Position numbers and translations under genes: made by a program. DNA of 64,000 bases, taken from the NCBI GenBank assembly GCA_963749075.1, contig CAVVLJ010000021.1:320001-384000 (forward strand), written 5' to 3'. The number at the start of each line of letters is the position of its first letter. Position 1 is the first letter of the stretch. The notes below the pieces were generated by a model. It worked only from the letters and a program-made list of their open reading frames with translations, was not told the DNA's origin and did no database searches. Of the stretch, positions 9,000-19,174 are shown piece after piece. Source of the stretch: an uncultured Pseudomonadota bacterium. Its GTDB lineage: Bacteria > Pseudomonadota > Alphaproteobacteria > JACZXZ01.

Positions 9000-10310
9000 T
9001 CAAAACGCGATGCGTAGGCTGGCGCCAGCCACCACGTTGGTGCTGTGGCTGCGCGCCTCCTCGGTGGTTACGAGGAAACCCGCCTTGACCGCATCGTTGA
9101 TGCGGTAGCGCGTGCCGATGCCGATGGTGACGCCCAGCCTGCCCGCGCCGTCGAGCGGCCGGGTCGTCTCGTAGGCGAGCGAGAGCGGCACATAGGGCTC
9201 GAAATCGCCGAGCGGATAGGCGGCCTCGCCGCCGATCTTGAGGCTGCCGTAGCGCACGAGGGTGGGCTGGGGTGCTGCCGCGGCGGGCGGCAGCCCGGCC
9301 GCCGGGCTCTCGAGCGCATAGGCATAGCCGGCAAAGCCGGTGAGGGCGAAATGTCCCACGTCGTAGAAGGCGTTGACGTTCGCCGCCCCGGTATAGCGGT
9401 TGCTGTCGAAGTTGCCGATGCCGCTGAAGCCGTTGGCGAGGCGGGCGTAGGCGAAGAGGGCGTCGAGCGAGAAATGGGAGGAGATGACGTAGGACGCGTA
9501 AGGTCCGAGCTGCGCGCCGTTGGAGAGCCGGATGCCGTGGATTGCCTTCACCTCGAGGTCCGCGCGGAGGTAGCCGGCGGCGAAGCCCAAGAGCCACGCC
9601 TCGCCGAGCCGGTAGTCGACGCCCGCGAGCGCTGCCGTGCCGTAGCCCTCGAAGCCGGCGGCGGCGCTGTCGTCGCTCAAATAGGAGCCCGAGGCGTCGG
9701 ACCAGAAGCCCCATTTGCGGTCGGCGCCGCCGGTGGAGAGCCCGCCGTAATAGCCGGCGCCGGCGCTGCCGTCCGGCTGCTGCGTGCCCGTCTCCCGCGC
9801 CGCCGCCATCTCGCGCGCGAGTGCCCGGATGCGGGCGGAGATGAGGTCGCGCGTGAGCTCGGTCTCGCTCCTCAAGATCGCCTGCGAGCTGCCCGAGAGG
9901 GCCGCCTGCTGCGCCGGCCCGGTGTTGGCGGCGGCCACGGTGTCGAGGAAGCCGGGCAGCACGCCGCATTGGCCCGAGTGGCCGCCGCTCGCGCTGATCG
10001 TGCAATCGATCTGGCTGGTGACGCCGTTGATCGTCTCGGAGCCGACGATCTCGACCGAGCTCGGCCCGAAAAAGAGTATGAAGCTGCCGGAGCCCGAGGT
10101 CTTGCCGTTCGAGGTGAAGCTATAGGTGCCGGTCGTGGCGTCGAACGTCGTCGTATAGGCGCTGCCGTCCGGGAGCGTCGAGCTCGTGGTGCAGACCGAG
10201 CCGTCGGCGGAGCATGTGGTGGTGGCGGCGCGCGCTGGCGGAGCCACGGCGCCGAGTGCCGCGAGGAGAGCGCCGGCAATGACGAGCGCGGCGGCCAGCG
10301 GTCGGGTCAT
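9000..10310 (-). CDS. Autotransporter beta-domain outer-membrane protein with very short passenger
   Basis: GGAG RBS; signal peptide; Ser/Thr/Gly-rich ~110-aa passenger; linker helix; amphipathic beta strands ending in terminal Phe (ASLRIAF). Confidence 0.8.
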   Translation of the reverse strand: MTRPLAAALVIAGALLAALGAVAPPARAATTTCSADGSVCTTSSTLPDGSAYTTTFDATTGTYSFTSNGKTSGSGSFILFFGPSSVEIVGSETINGVTSQIDCTISASGGHSGQCGVLPGFLDTVAAANTGPAQQAALSGSSQAILRSETELTRDLISARIRALAREMAAARETGTQQPDGSAGAGYYGGLSTGGADRKWGFWSDASGSYLSDDSAAAGFEGYGTAALAGVDYRLGEAWLLGFAAGYLRADLEVKAIHGIRLSNGAQLGPYASYVISSHFSLDALFAYARLANGFSGIGNFDSNRYTGAANVNAFYDVGHFALTGFAGYAYALESPAAGLPPAAAAPQPTLVRYGSLKIGGEAAYPLGDFEPYVPLSLAYETTRPLDGAGRLGVTIGIGTRYRINDAVKAGFLVTTEEARSHSTNVVAGASLRIAF

Positions 10311-10423
10311 CGCGCTCCCTCCCACGCGAGATGTCCCGGATGCTTTCCCCGGTTGCGGCTAGGGTAGCACGTCGGCTGCTCCGCCGCGACTTCAAGCTGG
10401 ACGATGATCGATGGCGGATCGCG

Positions 10424-11068
10424 CTAATCGCTGCCGCCCGCATTCGCCTTGAGATTGTCGACGCGGGCCTTGAGATCGCGGATGAGGCCGTCGAGGCCCT
10501 TGTGCTGGATTTCCGAGGCGAACTCCTGGCGCTGGGTCAGCGCCATGCTGATGCCCTCGACCACCACGTCGATGATCTTCAGCTTGCCGTCGATATCGCG
10601 CACGCGCCAGGCGGCCTTGAGCGGCGGTCCGTCGTTGCGAATGATCTCGGTCTCGACGATGGCGTCGGTCCCGGCGATCGGCTCGCTGCCGGTGACCTTG
10701 AAGGTCTCGCCCTTATACGCGCCGATGCGCCGGGAATAGGTGTCGAGCACCCAGTCGTCGAAGAGCTGGCGATACTGCGCCTTCTGGTCGGGCGTGGCCG
10801 TGCGCCAGGCGCTGCCGAGCACGAAGCGGCTGATGAGCTCGAGGTCGAAGCCCTGGTCGAAGATCTGACGGAACTCCTCGCGGCTCTTGGCCGCTTCGGC
10901 CGGCGTGTAGTTGGCGAACAGCGCCACCGCCCGGTCGCCCAAAGTCTGGACGAATTTGGCCGCCTCGGCGGTCGAGGTGGCGGGAACATCCGCCCGCCCG
11001 CCCGCCGGCGCAGCGGCGAGGCCGGCGAGCAGCAGCAGCATGGGCGCAAGCTTTCCTTTGAGCGGCAT
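10424..11068 (-). CDS. mlaC: Phospholipid-binding periplasmic protein MlaC/Ttg2D
   Basis: FDLELISRFVLG.AWR; KIIDVVVEGISMALTQRQEF; GGAGA RBS. Confidence 0.9.
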   Translation of the reverse strand: MPLKGKLAPMLLLLAGLAAAPAGGRADVPATSTAEAAKFVQTLGDRAVALFANYTPAEAAKSREEFRQIFDQGFDLELISRFVLGSAWRTATPDQKAQYRQLFDDWVLDTYSRRIGAYKGETFKVTGSEPIAGTDAIVETEIIRNDGPPLKAAWRVRDIDGKLKIIDVVVEGISMALTQRQEFASEIQHKGLDGLIRDLKARVDNLKANAGGSD

Positions 11069-11237
11069 GGGGGTCTCCGTGATGGCATCGGCGGCGGGCT
11101 CGGGGCATGCGCGCCGGGAGTGCTGCCAAAGCTCTCCCCGCCCGGCCGTCAGCGATAGGTAGGGCGAACCTGATACGCCGCAAGGGTGCGCCATCCTGCG
11201 GCGGGCGGACCCGGCGCCGGGCACGCCAAGGGCGGCT

Positions 11238-11705
11238 TCATGGCACCGTCGCAATGGCCGGAGCGCTGCCGGCCGCGGCTCTTCGCCGCGCTGCCGCGAG
11301 GCGGATCACCGTGAGCGTCTCGGACCACAGCCCATAGGGCGCCAGCCCGTCGAGCGGCACCCACGCGACCTCGGCCGCGTCGTCGCCGGCCACGGCCTCG
11401 CCGGCCTGCCATTCGGCGAGGAGGTCGACGAGGGTGTAGTGGTAGCTGACGCGTCCCGCCTCATCGCGCGCGATCGAATCCACGACCGCAATCACCTCCT
11501 TGACCTCGACGTCGATGCCGGCCTCCTCCTTGACCTCGCGTAGCACCGCCTCGGCGACGCTTTCGCCGAGCTGCTGGATGCCGCCGGGAATGCTCCACTG
11601 CCCCTGGCGCGGCGGGTTGCCGCGCTTGACGAGGAGCACCTCCTCGCCGCGGAAGACGAGGGCGCCGACGCCCGCGAAGGGCCGCTCGGGATAGCTGCGC
11701 GTCAT
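11238..11705 (-). CDS. NUDIX hydrolase
   Basis: Nudix box [23 protein letters not shown]; [14 protein letters not shown] start. Confidence 0.9.
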   Translation of the reverse strand: MTRSYPERPFAGVGALVFRGEEVLLVKRGNPPRQGQWSIPGGIQQLGESVAEAVLREVKEEAGIDVEVKEVIAVVDSIARDEAGRVSYHYTLVDLLAEWQAGEAVAGDDAAEVAWVPLDGLAPYGLWSETLTVIRLAAARRRAAAGSAPAIATVP

Positions 11706-11777
11706 GGCGGCCATCATAGGGGGAGGCACGAGCCGGCGCCAAGCCCAGGGCATCCGCATATGGCGCCATATGGATTT

Positions 11778-11820
11778 CCTCATCCTTCGAGACGGGCCTT
11801 CGGCCCTCCTCAGGACGAGG
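11778..11820. repeat. CATCCTTCGAGAC...CTCCTCAGGA-type palindromic repeat
   Basis: CCTCATCCTTCGAGACGGGCCTTCGGCCCTCCTCAGGACGAGG; same family as the copies at 29313-29353 and 29382-29424. Confidence 0.8.
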
Positions 11821-11928
11821 CGCCCACATGCGATTCCCCTCGCGCCAAGCTGCTCCCTGATGCGCCCGGCAGCGCCGCGCGCTAAGCTTGAGCGCGTTTC
11901 ATGGGCCAACGCGCTGCGCGAGGACGGG

Positions 11929-13461
11929 ATGGCGGAAAGCTTCACGCTGGTGCCGGGGAAGCTCAGGCTCGGCGATCTGCGCGCGGTGCTCGAGGGCGGG
12001 GAGCGCATCGAGCTCGATGCCGGCGCCTGGCCGGCGGTCGACGCCGCGGCGGCCACGGTCGCACGCCTCGTGGCCGAGGGCCGCCCGATCTACGGCGTCA
12101 ATACGGGCTTCGGCCGGCTCTCGACCACCCACATCCCGGAGAGCGAGCTCGCCGAGCTGCAGCGCCGCTTGCTGCTCTCTCACATGGCCGGCGTCGGCGA
12201 GGCGCTCCCCGACCGCATCGTCCGCCTCATCCTCGTGCTCAAGGCGGCGAGCCTCGCGCGCGGCTACTCGGGTGCGAGCCGCGCGCTCATCGCGGCACTC
12301 CTCGCGCTCGCCAATGCCGGCGTCTATCCCATCGTACCGCAGCAGGGCTCGGTCGGCGCCTCGGGCGACCTGGCGCCGCTCGCCCATCTCTCGGGCGTGC
12401 TCATCGGGGTGGGCGAGGTGCGCTGCAAGGGCGAGCGCCTCCCCGCGCGCGAGGGCCTGGCGCGCGCCGGCCTGGCTCCCATGGCGCTCGGCCCCAAGGA
12501 AGGGCTCTCCCTCATCAACGGCACGCAGGTCTCGGCGGCGCTGGCGCTCGCCGGGCTCTTCGCCGCGGAGGACGCCTTCGCGGCAGCGCTCGCCGCCGGC
12601 GCCTTGAGCGTCGATGCCGCCCTCGGCGCCGACACGCCCTTCGATCCGCGCATCCAGGCCGTGCGCGGCCAGCCGGGCCAGGCCGCCGTCGCCCAGGTGC
12701 TCATGCGGCTTCTCGCCGGCAGCGCCATCCGCCGCTCCCATCTCGAGGGCGACAGCCGGGTGCAGGATCCCTATTCGCTGCGCTGCCAGCCGCAGGTGAT
12801 GGGGGCCGTGCTCGACCAGCTGCGCTTCGCGGCGGGCGTGCTGGAGCGCGAGGCCAACGCGGTGTCGGACAACCCGCTCGTCTTCGCCGAGAGCGGCGCC
12901 GTGCTCTCGGGCGGCAATTTCCATGGCGAGCCGGTGGCGCTCGCGGCGGACGCCATGGCCCTCGCCATTGCCGAGATAGGCTCGCTCTCGGAGCGGCGCA
13001 CCGCACTCCTGGTGGACGCCAACTTGAGCGCCGGCTTGCCGCCCTTCCTCGTGCGCGAGGCCGGGCTCAACTCCGGCTTCATGATCCCGCAGGTGACCGC
13101 GGCGGCGCTTGTCAGCGAGAACAAGGCGCTCGCCGCCCCCTCGAGCGTCGACAGCCTGCCCACCTCGGCGGGCCAGGAGGACCATGTGAGCATGGCGACC
13201 TATGCGGCGCGGCGCACCATCGCCATGGCGGAGAATACGTGCCGCATCGTGGCAATCGAGCTCCTCGCCGCGGCCCAAGGGGTCGAGCTGCGCCGGCCGC
13301 TCGCCACCAGCCCGGCGCTCAAGGAAGTCCTCGCAGCGGTGCGCGCGCGGGCCGCCCCTTACGAGTCCGACCGGCCCCATGCGCCGGACATCGCGGCCAT
13401 CGCCGAGCTCATTGCCAGCGGCTGGTTCCGCGCCGTCGTGGCGCTGCCGATTTGCCCTTGA
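11929..13461 (+). CDS. hutH: Histidine ammonia-lyase
   Basis: [16 protein letters not shown]-forming [35 protein letters not shown]. Confidence 0.95.
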   Translation: MAESFTLVPGKLRLGDLRAVLEGGERIELDAGAWPAVDAAAATVARLVAEGRPIYGVNTGFGRLSTTHIPESELAELQRRLLLSHMAGVGEALPDRIVRLILVLKAASLARGYSGASRALIAALLALANAGVYPIVPQQGSVGASGDLAPLAHLSGVLIGVGEVRCKGERLPAREGLARAGLAPMALGPKEGLSLINGTQVSAALALAGLFAAEDAFAAALAAGALSVDAALGADTPFDPRIQAVRGQPGQAAVAQVLMRLLAGSAIRRSHLEGDSRVQDPYSLRCQPQVMGAVLDQLRFAAGVLEREANAVSDNPLVFAESGAVLSGGNFHGEPVALAADAMALAIAEIGSLSERRTALLVDANLSAGLPPFLVREAGLNSGFMIPQVTAAALVSENKALAAPSSVDSLPTSAGQEDHVSMATYAARRTIAMAENTCRIVAIELLAAAQGVELRRPLATSPALKEVLAAVRARAAPYESDRPHAPDIAAIAELIASGWFRAVVALPICP

Positions 13462-13527
13462 CCGCGGGCCGGCCGGCGGCGCTCTGTCTCACCCCGGAAA
13501 CGCGTGCGAGAGAAGGGCGAGGTCGTC

Positions 13528-14514
13528 ATGAAGGTGGTCATTACGGGCGGCACGGGCTTCATCGGACGCATGCTCGCGGCACGCATCCTGGAGCGCGGCC
13601 GGCTCGCCGGCCCGTCTGGGAGCGCGGAGCCCGTGGACGAGCTGGTGCTCTTCGATGCGGTGCTGCCGCCCTCCCTCGGCAAGGGACTCGAGGGCCGCGT
13701 CACGCTGACGGCGGGCGACGTGGCCGATGCCGCCGTGGTCGACGCCCTCATCGACCGCGACGACATCGCGGTCTTCCATCTGGCGTCGGTCGTGAGCGGC
13801 GGCGCCGAGGCGGACTTCGACCTCGCCGTGCGCGTCAATCTCGTGGGCGGCAGCACCGTGCTCGAGGCCTGCCGCCGGCGCCGCAGCGCACCGCGCCTCG
13901 TCTTCGCGAGCTCGATCGCGGTGTTCGGGGCGCCCGCCATGGGGAGCCGGGTCGACGACATGACCAAGCTCACGCCCCAGACGACCTACGGCATGACCAA
14001 GGCGGTGATGGAGCTCCTCGTCAACGACTACACGCGCAAGGGCTTCCTCGACGGCCGCTCGGCGCGGCTGCCGACCGTGATCGTGCGGCCGGGCAAGCCC
14101 AACAAGGCGGCCTCGAGCTTCGTGAGCGGCGTCATCCGCGAGCCGCTCAACGGCGAGCCCTGCCATCTCCCGGTCGGCCTCGACACCGTCATGCCGGTGC
14201 TCGGCTGCCGCTCGATCGTCGAGAACCTGATCCGCCTCCACGAGGCGCCCGGCGAGGCGATCGGCGCCGACCGCGCGGTGAGCTTCCCGAGCCTCGACCT
14301 CTCCTTGCGCGACATGGTCGAGGGGCTCAAGCGCACGGCGGGCGGGCGCAAGCTCGGCGCGATCGAGGTGCGGCCCGACGCGGCGATCGCGCGCATCGTG
14401 GCCGGCTGGCCGAGCGGCACCGGCTGGGCCAAGGCGAAGTCGCTCGGCCTCGTCGTCGACCCGGATATCGACGGCATCATCCGCGCCTACATCGAGGACT
14501 TCCTCCCGGCCTGA
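13528..14514 (+). CDS. denD: D-erythronate dehydrogenase-like NAD-dependent epimerase/dehydrogenase
   Basis: ITGGTGFIG, VFHLASVVSGGAEADFD, YGMTK, DYTRKGFLDGR, RPGKPNKAASSF. Confidence 0.8.
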   Translation: MKVVITGGTGFIGRMLAARILERGRLAGPSGSAEPVDELVLFDAVLPPSLGKGLEGRVTLTAGDVADAAVVDALIDRDDIAVFHLASVVSGGAEADFDLAVRVNLVGGSTVLEACRRRRSAPRLVFASSIAVFGAPAMGSRVDDMTKLTPQTTYGMTKAVMELLVNDYTRKGFLDGRSARLPTVIVRPGKPNKAASSFVSGVIREPLNGEPCHLPVGLDTVMPVLGCRSIVENLIRLHEAPGEAIGADRAVSFPSLDLSLRDMVEGLKRTAGGRKLGAIEVRPDAAIARIVAGWPSGTGWAKAKSLGLVVDPDIDGIIRAYIEDFLPA

Positions 14515-14521
14515 CGCGGGG

Positions 14522-14866
14522 ATGGCTGCGGGCAAGATGGATAGCACGCTTGGCAATATTTTCGCACCGCTGCCCGATGCAGGAGCGGGCGAGCGGAGGG
14601 ACGAGCTCGCGCGCGGCGAGGGCCTCTCTATCGAGCGCATCGTCTCCCGCGGCCAGGCGAGCCCGCCCGGCTTCTGGTACGACCAGGCGTGGAACGAGTG
14701 GGTCGTGCTGCTGCAAGGCTCGGCGCTGCTGCGCTTCGCCGACCTGGCCGAGCCGCTCGCCCTGCGGCCGGGCGACCATGTCGCCATCGCCGCCCATCGC
14801 CGCCACCGGGTCGAGGCCACGGACCCCGGCGGGCCTACCGTCTGGCTCGCGGTGCACTACCGCTAG
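14522..14866 (+). CDS. Cupin-domain protein
   Basis: IERIVSRGQASPPGFWYDQ..NEWV..L.G, HRRHRV, TVWLAVHY. Confidence 0.85.
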   Translation: MAAGKMDSTLGNIFAPLPDAGAGERRDELARGEGLSIERIVSRGQASPPGFWYDQAWNEWVVLLQGSALLRFADLAEPLALRPGDHVAIAAHRRHRVEATDPGGPTVWLAVHYR

Positions 14867-15015
14867 GACGCTAAGGGTTTGTTGGAAATCAAGCGCGCCG
14901 CTCTTGCCGCCGTCGCTCATATTCGCTTGCCGTGAATTCCGGAAGGTCTTAGCGTCCGCATAGCGCCCAAGCTGAAAAATCTGAATGACGATGCCGCATC
15001 GTCGACGGCAACCGA

Positions 15016-16224
15016 GTGCCAAGGGAGTATTCCGTGACCGACCACCATTCCGCGGCACAAGTGCGCGAGTTTTCCCAGCGCGTCGAACGGATTCGCCGGC
15101 TGATGAGGGCGGATGGCGTCGACGCGCTGTTCCTGACCCAGCCGACCAACGTGTGGTACGTCGCCGGCTTCTGGGAATTCATCCCCATCCGGATGGAGGC
15201 CGTGCTGATCCCGGCCAGCGGCGACTGCACTTTCATCGTGTCCAAGAACGAGTTCGAATACGCGAGCAAGGTCAGCTGGATCGGCGACGTGCGCTACTAC
15301 ACGGAGTTCCCCGAGCCGGACCGGCACCAGAATCCCTACGACTTGATGATGGACGTCTTCCGGGAGAAGAAGCTGACGCGCGCCGCGATCGGGATCGAGG
15401 AGACTTTCCTGCCGGTCGGCGAATACCGGCGCTTCGCCAAGATGCTGCCTGAGGCGCGCCTGGTCGACGCCTCGGGCCTCCTCGGCCAATGCCGGATGAT
15501 CAAGTCCGCCTACGAGATCGACCTTCTGAAGAAGTCGGGCAAGGTCGCCGTCGCCGCCTGGAACGCCTCGCTCAACATCGCCAAGCCGGGCTTGCGCGAG
15601 TACGAGGTGGCCCAGGCGGCCCGCGAGGCGGCGACCAATGCGGCGGCAGGTCTGTTTGCACCCGAAGACGTCCACCACTCGCCCCTGACCGACGGCGTGC
15701 AGCTCATTCAATCGGGAGTGCGCTCCTCGATCTCGCACGGCAAGGGCTCGCCCAACCGCCTCAAGCGCGGCGACATGGTCGCCATGTGCTTCTGCATGAC
15801 CAACCAGTTCAAAGGCTACCGCGTGGGCTTCTCGCGCAATTTCGTGCTCGGCAACGCCACGAACGAGATGATCAACGTCTATAACCTCCTCTACGAGGCG
15901 CAGCAGACCGCGCTCGCGGAGTTGAAGCCCGGCGTGACGGCGAGCCACCTCGATGCCGTCGTGCGCAATATGATCCACAACGCGGGCTACGGCGACTATA
16001 TCGAGCACCGCCTCGGCCGCGGCGTCGGCCTCGACATCGCCGAGCGCCCGGACCTCAAGGAGGGCGACGACACCGTGATCGCGACCGGCATGACGCTCGC
16101 CGTCGAGCCGGCGATCTACATCACCGGCAAATGGGGAATCCAGATCGAGGACTCGGTCCATGTCACGGAGAGCGGCTTCGAATACCTGACCGTGGCGCCC
16201 GAGCCCGAGCTGCCGGTCATCTGA
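15016..16224 (+). CDS. M24 (Xaa-Pro peptidase/creatinase) family enzyme, metal ligands degenerate
   Basis: Creatinase_N-like N-terminus (DALFLTQPTNVWYVAGF), RMIKSAYEI, pita-bread domain with AVEPAIY and GIQIEDSV. Confidence 0.85.
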   Translation: MPREYSVTDHHSAAQVREFSQRVERIRRLMRADGVDALFLTQPTNVWYVAGFWEFIPIRMEAVLIPASGDCTFIVSKNEFEYASKVSWIGDVRYYTEFPEPDRHQNPYDLMMDVFREKKLTRAAIGIEETFLPVGEYRRFAKMLPEARLVDASGLLGQCRMIKSAYEIDLLKKSGKVAVAAWNASLNIAKPGLREYEVAQAAREAATNAAAGLFAPEDVHHSPLTDGVQLIQSGVRSSISHGKGSPNRLKRGDMVAMCFCMTNQFKGYRVGFSRNFVLGNATNEMINVYNLLYEAQQTALAELKPGVTASHLDAVVRNMIHNAGYGDYIEHRLGRGVGLDIAERPDLKEGDDTVIATGMTLAVEPAIYITGKWGIQIEDSVHVTESGFEYLTVAPEPELPVI

Positions 16225-16389
16225 GCTGCGGGCGGCGGGGCAAGGCCGCCTGCCGCATTTGTCTGTGGACCGGCGCCATCCAACAGACGCACAATGACGC
16301 ATCGCAACAGCGCGCCGGGTCGAGCGCAAGTCTCCGGCCAAGAGCGCCGCTGCACGGCCGCAACAGGGGCATCGGCAAGGGAGATAACC

Positions 16390-17460
16390 ATGACGGGATT
16401 GACGCGCAGGCAGACCCTCAAGAGCGCCGCCGCGACGGCGGCCATCGCGCTGTTCGGCGGGGCGAGCCGCCCGGCCTCGGCAGCCACCGAGATCACCGCC
16501 GTCGAATGGGGCGGCGACGTGGTCAACGCGATGAAGCAGATCGAGGCCAAGCAGGACAAGGTGAAGGTCAACTGGGTGCTGCACCAGGGCGGCTCGGGCG
16601 CCATCCTGCCCAAGATCAAGGCGACCTGGCCCCATGCCGAATACGACTATGTCGCCGGCTGGGAGGGCTCCTTCAACGGCATGATCAAGGAGGACTGGCT
16701 GGTGCCGGTGACGGTCGCCACCGTGCCTAACCTCGCCGACATTCCCAAGAAGATCATCGTCAAGGATGCCAAGGGCGACTGGATGGCCGTGCCGCGCGCC
16801 GTCGGCGGCATCTATTTCGCCTATCGCGACGACATCTGCCCCGTCAAGCTCAAGAGCATCGACGACCTTTTCTCGCCTAAACTCAAGGGCAAGCTCGTGT
16901 GGCCCGGCCCCACCCAGAGCATGATGCTGCAGATCGTGGCGCTGGCGCTCCATGCCGGCGGCAACGAGAGGAACATGGATCCGGGCTGGGCGCTGATGAA
17001 GAAGCTGGCCCAGTCGGGCAACATCGGCCGCATCGCCGTCACCGACACGGACTTCACGACCTCGCTCACCTCGGGCGAGACGGCGGCCGGCTTCTTCTCC
17101 GAGCCGCAATTGACCTCGGTCGCCAAGTCCTTCCCGCTGGTGCGGCTGACCAAGCAGGCAGGCATGCCGACCTTCCTCTACCAAAGCGGCTTCGCGATCT
17201 TCAAGAACCGGCCGAACCTCAAGGCCACCCTCGATTTCGTCAACTTCTGCATCAGCCCGGAGATGAGCAACCTCTATGCCGAAGTGGCGGGCGAGGCGCC
17301 GCTCAACGTCAAGTCCAAGACGCCTGACGCGCTCAAGCATCTTGCCTTCACGCCCGAGGAAATGGACAAGTACGTCTATGTCCCCGATTTCAACGTGGTG
17401 CTCAGCCAGCAGGACGCCTGGACCAAGCGCTGGGAGAACGAGATCGCTCCCCTGCTGTAG
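16390..17460 (+). CDS. Tat-exported ABC substrate-binding protein (PotD/opine-like family)
   Basis: Twin-arginine signal TRRQTLK; WGG motif; followed by two permeases and an ATPase; GGAG RBS. Confidence 0.88.
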   Translation: MTGLTRRQTLKSAAATAAIALFGGASRPASAATEITAVEWGGDVVNAMKQIEAKQDKVKVNWVLHQGGSGAILPKIKATWPHAEYDYVAGWEGSFNGMIKEDWLVPVTVATVPNLADIPKKIIVKDAKGDWMAVPRAVGGIYFAYRDDICPVKLKSIDDLFSPKLKGKLVWPGPTQSMMLQIVALALHAGGNERNMDPGWALMKKLAQSGNIGRIAVTDTDFTTSLTSGETAAGFFSEPQLTSVAKSFPLVRLTKQAGMPTFLYQSGFAIFKNRPNLKATLDFVNFCISPEMSNLYAEVAGEAPLNVKSKTPDALKHLAFTPEEMDKYVYVPDFNVVLSQQDAWTKRWENEIAPLL

Positions 17461-17504
17461 AAACCCGGAGCTGGCGAAGCAGGGCGGCCGCCGCGGGTCG
17501 GGCC

Positions 17505-18353
17505 ATGAAGCCTGACCGCGGCACCCTCCCGCTGCTGCTGCCGGCCTCGGCCGTCTTCCTGGGCCTCTTCTTCCTGCCCATGGCGGGGCTCTTCGTGGAG
17601 AGTTTCCGCCTCTACCTGCCGGGCAGCATCGGCTCCGCGGCCAACGCCCCCTTCACGCTTCTCAATTACGCGGAGCTCTTGACGCCCGCCTTCGCCGACT
17701 TCTTCTTCGAGACGATGCGGATCAGCCTGCTCGCCTCGCTCGCCGGGCTCCTCCTCGCCTTCCCGCTCGCCTATTGGATCACGCGCCGCTTCACCGCGCG
17801 CTGGCGCGCGATCGCCATAGGCTTCCTCGTCACGCTCATGTTCTTGAGCGTGCTGGTGCGCACCTACGCGCTCGAGCTCACCTTCGGCGCCACCGGCCCC
17901 TTGCGGCCATTGCTCCAGTCGCTCGGCATCTCGCTCAACGGCCGCGCCTACATCGAGACGCTCGTCGGCGCCGGCCTCCTCCACTACATCATCCCCATGG
18001 CGACGCTGACCCTCCTGGGCACGGTGCAGAACGTCGATCCCCGCCTCGTCGACGCGGCCGAGGCGCTCGGCGCCCCCGGCTGGAAGGCGCATCTCACCAT
18101 TACGCTGCCGCTCGCGATGCGCGGCCTCCTGGCCGCCTTTCTCTTCGCCTTCACCTTCTCGATCAGCGCCTTCGTCATCCCGATGATTCTCGGCAAGGGT
18201 CGCGTGCTGTTCATCTCGAACCTGGTCTACAACCGCTTCAGCGAGATCGCCGACTATCCCAGCGGGGCGGCCATCTCGATGGTGCTGTTCTTCGTGGCGC
18301 TGGCGATCGTCTACGCGACGTCCCGCCAGGTGAACAAGCGATGGAACGCATGA
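17505..18353 (+). CDS. ABC transporter permease (PotB-like)
   Basis: TM helices; EAA loop LVDAAEALGA; TLPL. Confidence 0.9.
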   Translation: MKPDRGTLPLLLPASAVFLGLFFLPMAGLFVESFRLYLPGSIGSAANAPFTLLNYAELLTPAFADFFFETMRISLLASLAGLLLAFPLAYWITRRFTARWRAIAIGFLVTLMFLSVLVRTYALELTFGATGPLRPLLQSLGISLNGRAYIETLVGAGLLHYIIPMATLTLLGTVQNVDPRLVDAAEALGAPGWKAHLTITLPLAMRGLLAAFLFAFTFSISAFVIPMILGKGRVLFISNLVYNRFSEIADYPSGAAISMVLFFVALAIVYATSRQVNKRWNA

Positions 18354-19174
18354 GCGGCCGGGCGCTCGACGACGGCTTCCGCCTGCTCGGCCTCCTGATG
18401 ATCGGCGCGGTCGTCGCTTTTCTGGTAACGCCCATCCTCGTGACCGCGGTCATGGCGTTCGATGCCCGCCCCTACCTCGGCCCGCTGCCGCCGCCGGCAC
18501 TCTCGCTGCGCTGGTTCGCCAAATTCTTTTCCGACGACTACTTCCTGCGCGGCTTGGCGACGAGTGCCGAGTTGGCCGCGCTCTCCGTCGCGGTGTCGGT
18601 CTCGGTCGGCGTGGCGACGGCCATCGCCGTCGAGCGCGCGAGCTTCCGCGGCAAGGAGGCGCTGGTCTCCTTCTTCCTCTCGCCCCTCATCGTGCCGCCG
18701 GTGGTCACCGGCTTCGCCCTTCTCCTCTTCCTTTCCCAGATGGGCCTCATCAACGGCTTCGCGCGCCTCCTTTGCGGCCACATCATCATCACGGTGCCCT
18801 ATACGATCCGGGCCACGCTCGCCGGCCTCTCCGGCATCGCCCCGTCGCTCAACGAGGCGGCGCAGAGCCTGGGGGCGACGGAGCGCCAGGCGTTTTGGGA
18901 CGTGACCTTTCCCCTCGCGCGCACCGGCATCTTGAGCGGCGCCATCTTCGCCTTTGCCGTCTCCATGGACGACGTGGCGGTCTCGATCATGCTGACCGAC
19001 GCCAACACCTACACGCTCCCGGTCGCCTTGATCAGCAGCATGCGGGCCAATTTCGACCTGAGCATCGCCGCCGCCTCGGTCATGCTGATGCTGTTGACAC
19101 TCGCCTTGATCCTCGCCCTCGAGAAATTCGTTGGCCTCAACCGGGCCATCGGCCAGGGGGTCTTCCGCTCATGA
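18350..19174 (+). CDS. ABC transporter permease (PotC-like)
   Basis: ATGA overlap with the previous gene; SLRWF; LNEAAQSLGA; FAVSMDD. Confidence 0.9.
   Translation: MSGRALDDGFRLLGLLMIGAVVAFLVTPILVTAVMAFDARPYLGPLPPPALSLRWFAKFFSDDYFLRGLATSAELAALSVAVSVSVGVATAIAVERASFRGKEALVSFFLSPLIVPPVVTGFALLLFLSQMGLINGFARLLCGHIIITVPYTIRATLAGLSGIAPSLNEAAQSLGATERQAFWDVTFPLARTGILSGAIFAFAVSMDDVAVSIMLTDANTYTLPVALISSMRANFDLSIAAASVMLMLLTLALILALEKFVGLNRAIGQGVFRS

Noticed and set aside
11929-13461. hutH as an ergothioneine-degrading lyase, given nearby egtBD
   Set aside because: It has the ASG MIO tripeptide and the SH specificity motif of ordinary histidine ammonia-lyases.
11901-14963. Very long alternative ORFs (1020 aa here; also 24349..27291, 14917..17340, 43033..45162)
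   Set aside because: Low-complexity shadow or antisense frames of recognisable genes, expected at this GC content; no motifs.
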